NCBI GenBank assembly: GCA_963698885.1
Contig: CAVOSJ010000007.1
Span: forward strand, 25,554 to 89,553
Origin: Nitrospirota bacterium
GTDB taxonomy: Bacteria > Nitrospirota > JACRHJ01
Direction of reading: 5' to 3'
Length of the DNA stretch: 64,000 nt
A program made the position numbers and the translations under genes. Positions 28,770 to 39,952 of this stretch are shown here, piece by piece. A model generated the notes under the pieces. The model worked only from the letters and a program-made list of their open reading frames with translations. It was not told the origin of the DNA and searched no databases. Every line of letters begins with the position of its first letter. Within the stretch, counting starts at the first letter, position 1.

Positions 28770-30989
28770 CTAATGCTCCGTCGGCAGGTATATTTTAAAA
28801 GTGCTTCCCTTTTCCGGTTCGCTTTGCAGCTCCACCTTCCCGCCGTGCGCCTCGGCGACCGCTTTGACGATTGCGAGACCTAGGCCGCTGCCCTTAATCC
28901 ACGCGGTCTTCGGGGAGCGGTAGTATTTTTCGAAAACAGATTCATGTTCTTCGGCGGGTATTCCTTTTCCGGTATCCGCTACCGAAATCAATATAAATTC
29001 ATTCCCCTTTTCATTAATTGGCTCTGCTTTCAACGTTATTTTCCCACCGGCCGGGGTATAATTGAAAGCGTTCTGGAGCAGGTTGGCCACCGCCCGCTGG
29101 ACAAGCTGTTTGTCCATCAGCACCTTAGCCGGCAGCCCTTCCGCTATTTCCACGTTAAAGGTAATCCCTTTCTTTTTGATGGCCTTTTCCAGGCCCCTGA
29201 ACGACTCCTGCAAGGTCTCGGATATGTCGGACGGGAAGAGTCTCGGGATGAGCTTTCCAGACTCCATCTCCGAAAAAGTCAAAAAGCTGTCAACAAGCTT
29301 ATGGATTTTTTCGCCGCTGGTTTTGACGGCGGCTATCATCTCATTCGTGTCCGAGTCAAACTTGCCGGCCATTTCAGAAAGCAGCTCCATGCTGCCTAAA
29401 ATGGCGGTTAGCGGCGCTTTTATATCGTGCGAGACCATTGCGTAAAAATCGGCCCTCCGCTGCTCTAAAAGCTTGCTCTCCGTGACATCAATTGCGGTGC
29501 CTATTATGACGGGCTCCCCTTTATACATTGTAGATGAACCAATCGCATGGAGATAAAGGATGCTTCCGTCTTTCTTTACTATACGGAGCGGGTAATTAAC
29601 CGACTTTACATCGCCTTCGACGCGTTTGCGTATATTTTCCATGACAAGCTGCCGGTCATCGGGATGTACTACTTCAAGTACATTTTTAAAACTTAGAAGT
29701 TCTTCCCTTGAATATCCCCACATTTCGGCGGCCTTTTGATTCATATATACATAACGGCCGTCACGAATCATATATACACCGACGAGCGCCTCCTCCGCGA
29801 GACATCTGAACATTGCCTCGGATTCCTCAAGCGCGTTCGCGGCCCTTTTCTGTTCCGTAATATCGCGGGTTATGCCCAGCAGGGCGGTAACCCTTCCCTT
29901 TTCGTCATGAAGCGGGACGGCGTTGGTCTCCAACCTGCGGAGCCTGCCCTTTAGCCCCACCACGTCAAACTCCAGTTTTCCGGTGCCTCCCTGAAAGACC
30001 TTCGTGTTGAGCGCCTTGAATGCCCTGCGGTATTCGGGGGTGACCATGTCCACAATGTTTTTCCCCTGCACCTGGTCGGGAAAATCCGCCTGTATCATGT
30101 CCAGTCCCGCACGGTTCATCATCAGAAGGGACCCGTCAGAGCTTAATATCTTGACGCACTCAGGTTCGTTGTCAATTATGGATTTCAGAAACTCCTGGCT
30201 GGCTCGCAGCGCGTCCTCCATCTGCCTGCGCTCGGTGATATCCTGGATCGTCCCAAGCATCTTCAACGCGTTTCCGTCCCGGTCGAAGACCAGTTCACCA
30301 AGGCCGTATACCCACCGCTGGGCACCGTCATTCTGCCGGATGATCCTGTATTCGGTTTCAAAGCGTTTCTTCTGGGCAAGCACTTCAGCGAAATATTGCG
30401 CCATCCTGTCACGTTCATCCGGGTGGATGAGCGAAAGCCAGCCCTGGAGGGATTTATCATAATCCTTGCCGATACCTAAGATCTCATTGAGTATTTCCGA
30501 ACTCGTCCATCGGTTGGCCGATATATCCAGGACATACGATCCGAGACGCGCTACCTTTTGCGATTCATTTATCCAGAAGTCCCGTTCCTTTACCGCTTTT
30601 TCCGCAGCCCTTTGCTTAACCGCCTGCTCCACGGAATTTATTATCCGGGCAAAATGAGCGAACCCGACTTCTTTCGTGAAGTAGTCATACGCCCCGTTTT
30701 TGAACGCCTCCCTTGCCACCTCCTCGCTGCCCTGGCCGGTAACAAAAATAACCGGCACGTCGCTGCCCTGTCCCTTCATGGCAAGGAGCAGCTCCATGCC
30801 GTTCATCCCGGGCATCTGGTAATCGCTGAGAACGCAGTCAACGGTATGGGTTTTCAGGTAATCAAGGCATTCTGGGCCGCTTTCGACAAACGCAATCGAA
30901 AAATGCGGGGCCTCTATGGAAAGCTTCAGCTTTATGAACATACCGATGTCGGCGTCGTCGTCAACCAGAAGTATGTTCAAAATTTCCAT
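28770..30989 (-). CDS. REC-PAS(3)-histidine kinase
   Basis: Receiver (LLVDDD, SDYQMP), three PAS/PAC domains, H-box SHDIKAPL, NLLQNA, DTGKG, GSGLGL. Confidence 0.92.
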   Translation of the reverse strand: MEILNILLVDDDADIGMFIKLKLSIEAPHFSIAFVESGPECLDYLKTHTVDCVLSDYQMPGMNGMELLLAMKGQGSDVPVIFVTGQGSEEVAREAFKNGAYDYFTKEVGFAHFARIINSVEQAVKQRAAEKAVKERDFWINESQKVARLGSYVLDISANRWTSSEILNEILGIGKDYDKSLQGWLSLIHPDERDRMAQYFAEVLAQKKRFETEYRIIRQNDGAQRWVYGLGELVFDRDGNALKMLGTIQDITERRQMEDALRASQEFLKSIIDNEPECVKILSSDGSLLMMNRAGLDMIQADFPDQVQGKNIVDMVTPEYRRAFKALNTKVFQGGTGKLEFDVVGLKGRLRRLETNAVPLHDEKGRVTALLGITRDITEQKRAANALEESEAMFRCLAEEALVGVYMIRDGRYVYMNQKAAEMWGYSREELLSFKNVLEVVHPDDRQLVMENIRKRVEGDVKSVNYPLRIVKKDGSILYLHAIGSSTMYKGEPVIIGTAIDVTESKLLEQRRADFYAMVSHDIKAPLTAILGSMELLSEMAGKFDSDTNEMIAAVKTSGEKIHKLVDSFLTFSEMESGKLIPRLFPSDISETLQESFRGLEKAIKKKGITFNVEIAEGLPAKVLMDKQLVQRAVANLLQNAFNYTPAGGKITLKAEPINEKGNEFILISVADTGKGIPAEEHESVFEKYYRSPKTAWIKGSGLGLAIVKAVAEAHGGKVELQSEPEKGSTFKIYLPTEH

Positions 30990-31220
30990 CGCGCAGCCGA
31001 CCTCAAGGCAATGTTATTCAAGGATATAGCGCAAAATATGCATTATTATACATCATTGGCAGGTGAAAATAAACAACGTCTTAACAGTTGAAAAGCTTGC
31101 CGAAACCAGTGCTCGGGCTTTTGGTTCCGGAAATGGAACATGTTTCGGGTTGGACGCCCACTTCGGGCGAATTTCTTATTTCTTTGGATTTGCTTTATAA
31201 TTAAAGCAGGGAGCGTGGTT

Positions 31221-33578
31221 ATGGAACCTTTATCCATAGTGATAGTGGACGACGAGCCGGATATAGCCAACCTGATGCGGCTTATGCTGCAAAAGGAAGC
31301 GCCGGACCTGAATATCCACATAGCCGGAAGCGGCCAGGATTGCCTTGAATATATAAAGGAAAATCCGGTCGATTGCATACTGTCCGACTACCAGATGCCC
31401 TGCATGGACGGGATGGAGCTGCTGATAGCCCTGAGGGGGCAGGGCAGCGACATCCCGTTTATTTTCGTGACCGGCCAGGGTAATGAGGAGATCGCGAGGA
31501 ACGCTTTTAAAAACGGCGCGAACGATTACTTCACCAAGGACCTGGGCGGCTTTGCCCACTTCGCCCGAATAATTAACTCCATCGGGCAGGCGGTGAGGCA
31601 GAGGAAGGCGGAGGCGGCGAAAAAGGAAGAACTCGTTTTCCGTCAGGCTATCGAGACCGAGCGCAAAAAGACCGAGGAAGCGCTGAGGGAATCCGAATCC
31701 AAGTTCAAAAAGCTGGCTGACGAATCGGTCGCGGGCATATGGATATCCCAGGACTTGCGGCTTGTATACGTCAATCCGAGTATAGCTGAAATGGCGGGCT
31801 ATACGGTGGAAGAGCTGCTTGAGAGGGAGACGTGGTTTGATCTCGTACATCCTGAAGACTTGCAGAAAGCCATGGAAGCCGTGGCAAGCGTCCAGCCCGG
31901 CATGAGCGTCCATGTCGAACTCCGCGCCGTAAAAAAAGACGGGAGCGTCATCGACATAGAAAGCAGGTCCGCATATACGCTTTATAACGGACGGCCCGCA
32001 GTCATGGGCATAGCGATCGACATTACGGAAAGGAAGCGCGCGGAGAAGGAGCTGGTGGAGGAGCGGAACAGGGCGCGGAAATGTTTCAATTTTGCAAGGT
32101 CCATGATGGTTGTGATCGCCCCTGACGAGACGGTCGTGAAGATAAACCAGAAAGGCTGCGAGGTCCTGGGATATGCCGAAGAGGAAGTCGTCGGGAAGAA
32201 CTGGTTCGATAATTTTATCCCGGCGAGCCATCGGGACGAGGCGAGGGGCGTTTTCAATCAAATGATGGACGGGGAGGCCGTCCTTGTCGAATATTATGAA
32301 TACCCCGTCTTGACTAAAGACGGCCAGGAGAGGCTTATAGATTGGCGCAACTCGGCATTCTACGACGAAAAAGAAAAGGACTTCTTCGGCTTAAGCTCCG
32401 GAGAGGACGTAACCGAGAGGAAAAAGGCCGAAGAGGCGTTGCTGAAGTCCGAAGCGCGGTACAGGGCCTTCATAGCAAACAGCTCGGAGGGCATCTGGCG
32501 CTATGAGCTGGAAGAGCCGGTCCCGACCTCCCTGCCGGAGGGCGAACAGATAGAGCTGTTTTATAAGCATGCATATCTGGCCGAGTGCAACGACGCCATG
32601 GCGCGGATGTACGGCTTTGAGAAGGCCGGCGATATGATAGGCGTCCGGTTATCCGAGACCATGCCGCGCTCCGACCCTCGAAACATCAACTACCTCCGCG
32701 ACCTGATACGCTCCGGATACCGGCTCGAGAAGGAAGAGACATATGAAAAAGACGTGCGCGGCAATATCCATGTTTTTTTAAACAATTATATCGGCGTGGT
32801 GGAAGACGGCTTTTTAGTGCGGGCATGGGGAGTGCAGCGCGACATTACCGCCAAAAAACTGGCGGAACACCAGAAAGAGGATTTCTATGCCATGGTGACG
32901 CACGACCTGAAATCCCCCCTGACGGCCATAATGGGCTACGCGGAACTGCTCACGACAAAGTTATCCGGAGGCGACCGGGATATATTCGAGATGGCGAAAG
33001 GGATAACCAGCAGCGGGGAAAGGCTGGGCGCCCTGCTGGAAAATTTCCTTACCATCTCGAAAACAGAGGCCGGAAAGCTGATAGTCTATCCCTCTCCCAG
33101 CAATATGGCGACGGTCTTGCAGGAAGCATGCTCGGGACTGGAAAAAGAAATGATGGAAAAGAACCTCACCTTCCATGCGGAGATAGCAAAGGACCTGCCG
33201 AAGGTGCTCTCGATAGACCGTAAGCTCGTCCGGCGCGCAGTATCCAACCTCCTTCAAAACGCCATAAATTATACCCCGGCGGGAGGGAGTATCTCGCTTA
33301 AAACGCAGTGCGCCTCCGGGGCCAAATGCGACTTTTTTGTGATCTCGGTGGCCGACACCGGCCCGGGCATAGCGGAGGCGGAACTGGAAACCATCTTCAA
33401 TAAATATTACCGCTCCCAGAGGACTGCGGGGACCAGCGGAACCGGCCTGGGGCTTGCGATTGTCAAGGCGGTAGCCGAAGCGCACGGGGGCCGCGTGGAA
33501 GTAGAAAGCGAACCGGGACGAGGCAGCGTATTCAGGTTATATCTCCCCACGGACTTAAAGATGGATAAAGCCGCGTAG
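31221..33578 (+). CDS. REC-PAS(3)-histidine kinase, divergent paralog
   Basis: Probable ATG at 31221 after GGGAG; receiver, PAS domains, THDLKSPL, DTGPG, GTGLGL. Confidence 0.92.
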   Translation: MEPLSIVIVDDEPDIANLMRLMLQKEAPDLNIHIAGSGQDCLEYIKENPVDCILSDYQMPCMDGMELLIALRGQGSDIPFIFVTGQGNEEIARNAFKNGANDYFTKDLGGFAHFARIINSIGQAVRQRKAEAAKKEELVFRQAIETERKKTEEALRESESKFKKLADESVAGIWISQDLRLVYVNPSIAEMAGYTVEELLERETWFDLVHPEDLQKAMEAVASVQPGMSVHVELRAVKKDGSVIDIESRSAYTLYNGRPAVMGIAIDITERKRAEKELVEERNRARKCFNFARSMMVVIAPDETVVKINQKGCEVLGYAEEEVVGKNWFDNFIPASHRDEARGVFNQMMDGEAVLVEYYEYPVLTKDGQERLIDWRNSAFYDEKEKDFFGLSSGEDVTERKKAEEALLKSEARYRAFIANSSEGIWRYELEEPVPTSLPEGEQIELFYKHAYLAECNDAMARMYGFEKAGDMIGVRLSETMPRSDPRNINYLRDLIRSGYRLEKEETYEKDVRGNIHVFLNNYIGVVEDGFLVRAWGVQRDITAKKLAEHQKEDFYAMVTHDLKSPLTAIMGYAELLTTKLSGGDRDIFEMAKGITSSGERLGALLENFLTISKTEAGKLIVYPSPSNMATVLQEACSGLEKEMMEKNLTFHAEIAKDLPKVLSIDRKLVRRAVSNLLQNAINYTPAGGSISLKTQCASGAKCDFFVISVADTGPGIAEAELETIFNKYYRSQRTAGTSGTGLGLAIVKAVAEAHGGRVEVESEPGRGSVFRLYLPTDLKMDKAA

Positions 33579-33688
33579 GGCCCCGGACTTTATTTTAAAC
33601 GGCTTATCTGGTAAAATTATATCAATAAAGTAACATGGATGTTTTTTGGGGAGCGCTCACGCTTCCCATGCAGGAAAGGAGCTAAAGT

Positions 33689-34024
33689 ATGCCTAAGTCA
33701 GCAGCAAAGAGAAAACCCATAGAGGGATTTGACGACCCGGTGGAACTCGACCCAAAACACTACAAGGCCGAGTTTGAAAACGATACCGTGCGGGTACTCC
33801 GGATAAAGCTTGGCGCGAAGGAGAAGTCCGTAATGCACGACCACCCGGCGGGCGTGGGCATTTTCTTGACGGACCAGCACGTTAAGTTCACTTATCCCGA
33901 CGGCAACACGAAGGAAATCGAGGTAAAGGCCGGCGAAACCAAATGGCTCGACGCATTCACTCACCTGCCGGAGAACTTAAGCGACAAGCCTATGGAGATG
34001 ATACTTGTGGAGATCAAGGAATAG
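33689..34024 (+). CDS. Cupin-fold protein
   Basis: FENDTVRVL, MHDHP, H.PEN motifs; AGGAG RBS. Confidence 0.75.
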   Translation: MPKSAAKRKPIEGFDDPVELDPKHYKAEFENDTVRVLRIKLGAKEKSVMHDHPAGVGIFLTDQHVKFTYPDGNTKEIEVKAGETKWLDAFTHLPENLSDKPMEMILVEIKE

Positions 34025-34042
34025 TCCCGGCAAGGAAAGTTC

Positions 34043-34076
34043 AAGGCCGTTTACGTGAACGTAAGCGGCCTTTTTT
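34043..34076 (+). terminator. Intrinsic terminator
   Basis: AAGGCCGTTTACG-TGAA-CGTAAGCGGCCTTTTTT. Confidence 0.75.
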
Positions 34077-34114
34077 ATTGGCGCTTTATTAATTTATTAA
34101 CTATACTGTATGGC

Positions 34115-35221
34115 ATGTCCTTCACCCTCTTTATTGCCATCGCCACCGGCCTCCTCTTAGGTATCACTTATTTCTGCTATTACTCGTTCGCCAGTTTCTT
34201 CGGGATAACCGCCCCGGCAAGCAGGCTTATCACCCTCGCCCTTTTCATATTTTTCTCCCTGAGCTTCATCTTCGCCACGCTTTTATCCCATTGGCGGGAA
34301 AACATATTTACACGCTTTTATTATGCCGCTTCGGGCTTCTGGCTGGGCCTTCTCGTGAACCTGTTAATGGCATCCCTGGCCGGCTGGATTGTAATTTCAA
34401 TCGCCGGATTCAGCGGCCATAAAGCCGGTTCCAACGTCATCGGAGTGTTATTTTTCGGTATCGCGTTCATATATTCCGTATACGGCGTCTGGAACGCGTT
34501 CAATCCGCAGGTGAAGGAGGTCTCGGTCAGGATTAAGAACCTGCCGCCCGGGTGGGAGGGGAAGACAATCGTCCAGCTCTCGGACGTCCACCTGGGGCAT
34601 ATCTACAAAGCGGATTTTCTTCGCAAAGTAGTAAGGACGGTGAACGGCCTGAAGCCCGACATGGTCGTCATCACGGGCGACCTGTTCGACGGGATGGACG
34701 GGTCGCTGCCCAGCCTGGTAACCCCGTTAAACGACCTTATCGCGCCGGACGGGGTATATTTCATCACCGGGAACCACGAGACCTATCTCGGAGTGGGCAA
34801 GGCGTTTTCCATACTTGAGAAAACCAAGGTAAAAATCTTAAACGACGAGGTCCGGGACATCCGGGGCCTCCAGTTGATCGGCATAAGCTATCCCCAGAGG
34901 GGAGAGAGAAAGAGCATAATCAACACCATCAGGAATATGCCCGGCTTCATCCCCGGAAAGCCCACGGTACTGCTCTACCACGCCCCGGTAAGGATAGCGG
35001 AGGCCAGGGCGGCGGGCGTAAATCTTCAGCTCTCCGGACACACGCACAAGGGGCAGATATTCCCAGTCAATTTCATCACCCACGCAGTCTATAAAGGCTA
35101 TGATTACGGCCTGTACACCATGGGCGATTACTCGCTTTACACCACGGACGGCGTGGGCACCTGGGGGCCGCCCATGCGGACTGGCAATACCCCTGAGATC
35201 GTGGACATAAAACTTCATTAG
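34115..35221 (+). CDS. Membrane-anchored metallophosphoesterase (YkuE-like)
   Basis: N-terminal TM helices; SDVHLG, TGDLFD, TGNHE, LSGHTHKGQ. Confidence 0.9.
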   Translation: MSFTLFIAIATGLLLGITYFCYYSFASFFGITAPASRLITLALFIFFSLSFIFATLLSHWRENIFTRFYYAASGFWLGLLVNLLMASLAGWIVISIAGFSGHKAGSNVIGVLFFGIAFIYSVYGVWNAFNPQVKEVSVRIKNLPPGWEGKTIVQLSDVHLGHIYKADFLRKVVRTVNGLKPDMVVITGDLFDGMDGSLPSLVTPLNDLIAPDGVYFITGNHETYLGVGKAFSILEKTKVKILNDEVRDIRGLQLIGISYPQRGERKSIINTIRNMPGFIPGKPTVLLYHAPVRIAEARAAGVNLQLSGHTHKGQIFPVNFITHAVYKGYDYGLYTMGDYSLYTTDGVGTWGPPMRTGNTPEIVDIKLH

Positions 35222-35259
35222 CCCTGTTTCCATAATAGTTCACCGTCACTTAAAAAACC

Positions 35260-37821
35260 TTGACCGACAAATCAGGCATAAACGCAATCTCCGGGCTTTC
35301 CGAGGCCCAGGCCGCTGAAAGGTTAAACGAAGAGGGATATAATGAACTTCCCTTCGAGCGGAGCCGCGGCGTATTGGCCATCATTTTCAAGATAGTGCGC
35401 GAGCCGATGTTCTTGCTGTTAATCGCCGGCGGGATACTCTATCTCCTGCTGGGAGACATACGGGAAGCGCTGATGCTCCTGGCCTTTGTTTTTGTCGTGA
35501 TAGGGATCACGTTCTACCAGGAGCGAAAGACCGAACGGACGCTGGAGGCTCTTCGCGGCCTCTCCAGCCCGCGCGCCCTTGTAATCCGGGACGGATCGGA
35601 AAAGCGCATTGCGGGCCGTGAAGTCGTAAGGGGCGACATATTGGTGTTAAAGGAAGGCGACCGCGTCCCGGCGGACGCGAGGGTGCTCTCCTGCATAAAT
35701 CTTTCGGCGGACGAATCCCTGTTGACGGGCGAATCGATACCCGTGCGGCAAAGCCGCCCAGGAAGGAGAAATGGAAATATGCCCCCCCGGCGGAGACGGC
35801 CTGCCTTTCGTTTATTCCGGCACGTTGATAGTACGCGGCAGCGGCATCGCGGAGGTAAGGGCTACCGGTATTAAATCCGAGATAGGAAAAATCGGCAAGG
35901 CGCTGCAGGCGGTCGGAGTCGAAGAGACGTCGCTCCAAAAAGAGACAAGCCGCATAGTGAAGGTACTCGCCGTGGCCGGTCTGTCTTTGTGCGCGGTCGT
36001 GATAACCGTCTACGGGGTTACGCGCGGGAACTGGCTGAGTGGGCTTCTGGCGGGCATAACCCTGGCCATGTCCATCCTGCCGGAGGAACTCCCGGTTATC
36101 CTGGTCATATTCCTGGCCCTGGGCGCGTGGCGGATATCGCAAAAGCATGTGCTGGCACGGCGTACCCAGGCGATAGAGACGCTCGGCTCGGCCACCGTAT
36201 TATGCGTTGACAAGACAGGGACGATTACGCAAAACCGCATGACGGTCAGCGGGATATACGCCGGGGGCGAATTTTATAGCCTGGACGGCAAAAGCCCCCT
36301 GCCGGAGAAGTTCCACGAGCTGGTCGAGTTCGGCATCCTCGCCAGCCAGACGGACCCGTTCGACCCCATGGAAAAGGCCATACGGCGGCTTGGCGAAACC
36401 AGCCTGGCAAAAACCGAACACCTCCACGGGGACTGGACGCTGGTGCAGGAATATCCCCTGTCGGAGGAGATGCTTTCCCTGTCGCATGTATGGAAATCCC
36501 CTGACGGAACGGACTTTATCATTGCAGCCAAGGGCGCGCCCGAATCCATAGCCGACCTGTGCCATTTTACAAAAGGGCAGATGATGGACCTGCTTTTGAA
36601 TATCGACAAGATGACCGGCAAAGGGCTTCGAGTCATCGGTGTCGCAAAAGCGAGTTTCCGGCAAGCCGTCCTGCCCGTCCGGCAGCATGATTTCGGTTTC
36701 GAGTTCATAGGCCTGATAGGACTGACCGACCCGGTAAGGCCTATGGTCGCCGAAGCGGTAAAAAACTGCTACGGCGCGGGCATCCGCGTGGTAATGATTA
36801 CCGGCGATTATCCCGGCACCGCCCGGAACATAGCCAGTGAAATAGGTCTTATCCGGTTGGACTGCATAACCGGGCCCGAACTCGATGGAATGACCGAGCG
36901 GCGAGCTTAGGGACGCGGATAAAGACGGCTGACATCTTCGCCAGGGTCGTGCCTGAGCAGAAGCTCCGCCTGGTGAATGCGCTGAAGGCGAACGGCGAGA
37001 TAGTCGCGATGACCGGAGACGGGGTAAACGACGCACCCGCCTTGAAATCGGCTCACATCGGCATCGCCATGGGCGAAAGGGGTACCGATGTGGCGCGCGA
37101 ATCCGCCGATTTAGTCCTGCTCGATGACGATTTTTCATCAATCGTGAAGGCGGTGAGGCTGGGCCGGAGGATATTCGACAATATAAAAAAAGCGGTCTCT
37201 TATGCCTCTGCCGTCCACGTGCCGATTGCAGGCATGGTATTGATACCAGTGCTCCTGAAATGGCCACTGGTCCTCTTGCCAGTGCATATCCTGTTCCTTG
37301 AGCTCATCATCGACCCGGCCTGTTCAATCGTTTTCGAGGCGGAACCTGAAGAGTCGGGCATCATGGACCGGCCGCCGAGGCGCCAGAACGAACACCTCTT
37401 CGGTAAGAAGGCAGTTTTATTAAGCGCCCTTCAGGGCTTAAGCGTGCTGGCTATCGTCTTCGGCGCCTTCTATTTCGCCATGGTGAATAACCGGGGTGAA
37501 GACGAGGCGCGCGCCCTGTCATTCACGACCTTGATTGTCGCCAACCTGGCCCTTATCCTTACGAACCGCTCGTGGTCGAGGACGGTTTTCAAGACGCTCC
37601 GCACGCCAAACGCCGCGCTCTGGTGGGTGTTAAGCGGGGCGATAAGCTTCCTGGCGCTGGTTTTAAGCGTGCCCTTCCTGCGCGGGATATTTAAATTTGA
37701 CGCACTCGGTCCGGCGGATTTATTAATCTGCTTCGCGGCAGGGATGTTAAGCATAGCCTGGTTCGAAGCGCTTAAGTTTTTTGGGTTTATATCTCCCGGC
37801 AATAAAAAAATTAGAAGTTGA
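35260..37821 (+). CDS. Cation-transporting P-type ATPase (P2-like); indels near 35745 and 36900
   Basis: LTGES, PEELP, DKTGT, KGAPE, TGD, GDGVNDAP distributed over three consecutive ORFs. Confidence 0.9.
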
Positions 37822-38000
37822 AGCAGGCCAACATATCGTTTGACCGGGCTGTAGATTAAGTTTATGATTATTAAACAGAAATAAATTTTCGGGCGGGGAA
37901 ACTTGAAGGGTTTTTTATACTTGACAAAATTAATTTAGTTATTGATTTTCTTTACTTGACTTATGATATAATCAATTCAAGGGAACTCTAGGAGAATCCG

Positions 38001-39872
38001 ATGGAAAAGGCGGACGTGCCCGAACAGAAAAAGGGAACGGAAAAGGTCGAGGGCGGGCTCTTCGAAAGCGAGGTCAACCGCGCCATCCTCAACACCGTCC
38101 TTGATGGCATTATAACTATAAACTCTGACGCAACCGTCGTCAGTTTCAACCCCTCCGCGGAAAGAATCTTCGGCTACAGCAAATCGGAAGTCATAGGCAA
38201 GAACGTCAACATGCTGATGCCGGAGCCTTACCACTCCGAACATAATTCGTACCTGAACAACTACCTGACAACCGGCGTAAAAAAAGTCATAGGCCTGGGC
38301 CGCGAGGTCAGGGGCCGGAAGAAGGACGGAAGCGAGTTTCCGCTCGACCTGGCCGTTTCGGAGATGCTGGTGGACGGCAGGAGGATGTTCACGGGGATAA
38401 TACGCGATATTACCGAGAAAAAGAAGGCGGAAGAAGCTGTTTCGAGGCTGGCCGCCATAGTGGAGTCCTCGACCGACGCGATAATCGGCAAGACCCTGGA
38501 GGGTAACATATTCAGCTGGAATGCGGGCGCTGAGAGGATGTACGGCTACAAGGCCGAGGAGGTCATAGGCAGGCATATCTCCGTCATAGTGCCGCCGGAG
38601 CGGATGGGCGAGCTGAACAGGAACTTAGACGCCCTGCGCCGCGGTGAGAGTGTCGGAAGCTATGAGACGGTGCGCGTCCGAAAAGACGGGAGCCTTCTGA
38701 GTATTTCACTTACGATATCCCCCCTGAAAGACCCGGCTGGCAGGGTAACCGGCTTCTCCGCAATCGCCCGCGATGTTACCGAAAATAAGAGGGTCGAGGC
38801 CGGGCTTCGGGAGTCGGAGGCCAAGTTCAGGACCCTCTCAGAGGGGGCCCTGATCGGAATATACCTTATCCAGGACATGCGCTATGTCTACGTAAACCCG
38901 GAGTTTGCCGACATGCTCGGTTATTCGAGGGCCGAGCTGACCGGGATGGAGAACATGCTGGAATGCGTTTACCCGGAGCAAAGAGAGCCTGCCAGGCAGG
39001 GGATAGAGAAAATCCTTAACGGCCAGGAGAGCATAGGATATCAGGGCAGTTGGCTCAGGAAGGACGGCGACTCGGTCGAGGTCGAGGGTAAAGCCGCCTT
39101 TACGATTTTCAACGGCAGGCCGGCCATTATCGGCACCGCCCTGGACGTAAGCCAGAGGAAATACCTCGAGAAGCAGAGGGCGGATTTCCTCGCCATGATA
39201 ACGCACGATTTTAAATCTCCGCTGACAAGTATCCTTGGCAATGCGGAACTGATATCTATGATGAAGCAAGGCTCCGCGGACCAGGAGACCGCAGACATGG
39301 CGGCGAATATCGTGCGAAACGGCGACAGGCTCCGGAGCCTGGTGGATGACTTCCTCGTCCATTCCAGGCTGGACTCGGCGGTGCTTACGTCCGAGCTCAC
39401 CTCCGCCGACGTGCGCGAGATATTAAGGGACGTGGTAAAGGATTTTGAAAACCAGGCTACGAAAAAGGGCCAGGCGCTGAATACGGAATTCGCCCAGGAC
39501 GTCCCGGCGCTTAACATGGACGTAACGCTCGTCCAGCGCGCGGTCTCAAACCTGCTCCAGAACGCCGTGAACTATACCCCGGAAGGGGGCCGGATATCAC
39601 TGAAAACACAAAAGGCCATCAATGGTGGCAGGGCTTTTCTGGTGATCTCCGTGAAGGATAGCGGCATCGGGATACCCGCCGCGGAACAGTCGAAAATCTT
39701 TCAGAAATATTACCGGATGTCCAGGACCTCACGCACGGGCGGGACCGGCCTTGGGCTTGCGATAGTCAAGGCCGTCGCGGACGCGCATAACGGCCGGGTC
39801 GAGCTAACAAGCGAGGAAGGAGCCGGGAGCACTTTTAAGTTATTTATACCTGAAGACTTAAAGAAAGATTAG
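38001..39872 (+). CDS. PAS(3)-histidine kinase with a FixL-like first PAS domain
   Basis: NVNMLMPEPYHSEHNSYL...VIGLGREVRGRKKDGSEFP; THDFKSPL, GTGLGL. Confidence 0.9.
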   Translation: MEKADVPEQKKGTEKVEGGLFESEVNRAILNTVLDGIITINSDATVVSFNPSAERIFGYSKSEVIGKNVNMLMPEPYHSEHNSYLNNYLTTGVKKVIGLGREVRGRKKDGSEFPLDLAVSEMLVDGRRMFTGIIRDITEKKKAEEAVSRLAAIVESSTDAIIGKTLEGNIFSWNAGAERMYGYKAEEVIGRHISVIVPPERMGELNRNLDALRRGESVGSYETVRVRKDGSLLSISLTISPLKDPAGRVTGFSAIARDVTENKRVEAGLRESEAKFRTLSEGALIGIYLIQDMRYVYVNPEFADMLGYSRAELTGMENMLECVYPEQREPARQGIEKILNGQESIGYQGSWLRKDGDSVEVEGKAAFTIFNGRPAIIGTALDVSQRKYLEKQRADFLAMITHDFKSPLTSILGNAELISMMKQGSADQETADMAANIVRNGDRLRSLVDDFLVHSRLDSAVLTSELTSADVREILRDVVKDFENQATKKGQALNTEFAQDVPALNMDVTLVQRAVSNLLQNAVNYTPEGGRISLKTQKAINGGRAFLVISVKDSGIGIPAAEQSKIFQKYYRMSRTSRTGGTGLGLAIVKAVADAHNGRVELTSEEGAGSTFKLFIPEDLKKD

Positions 39873-39952
39873 GTTGGTTGACAGGAATTAATTCAGATGC
39901 TTCACTTACAAAGCTTTCTGCTAAATATCTTTAATCGATCAAGGAGAAATGT

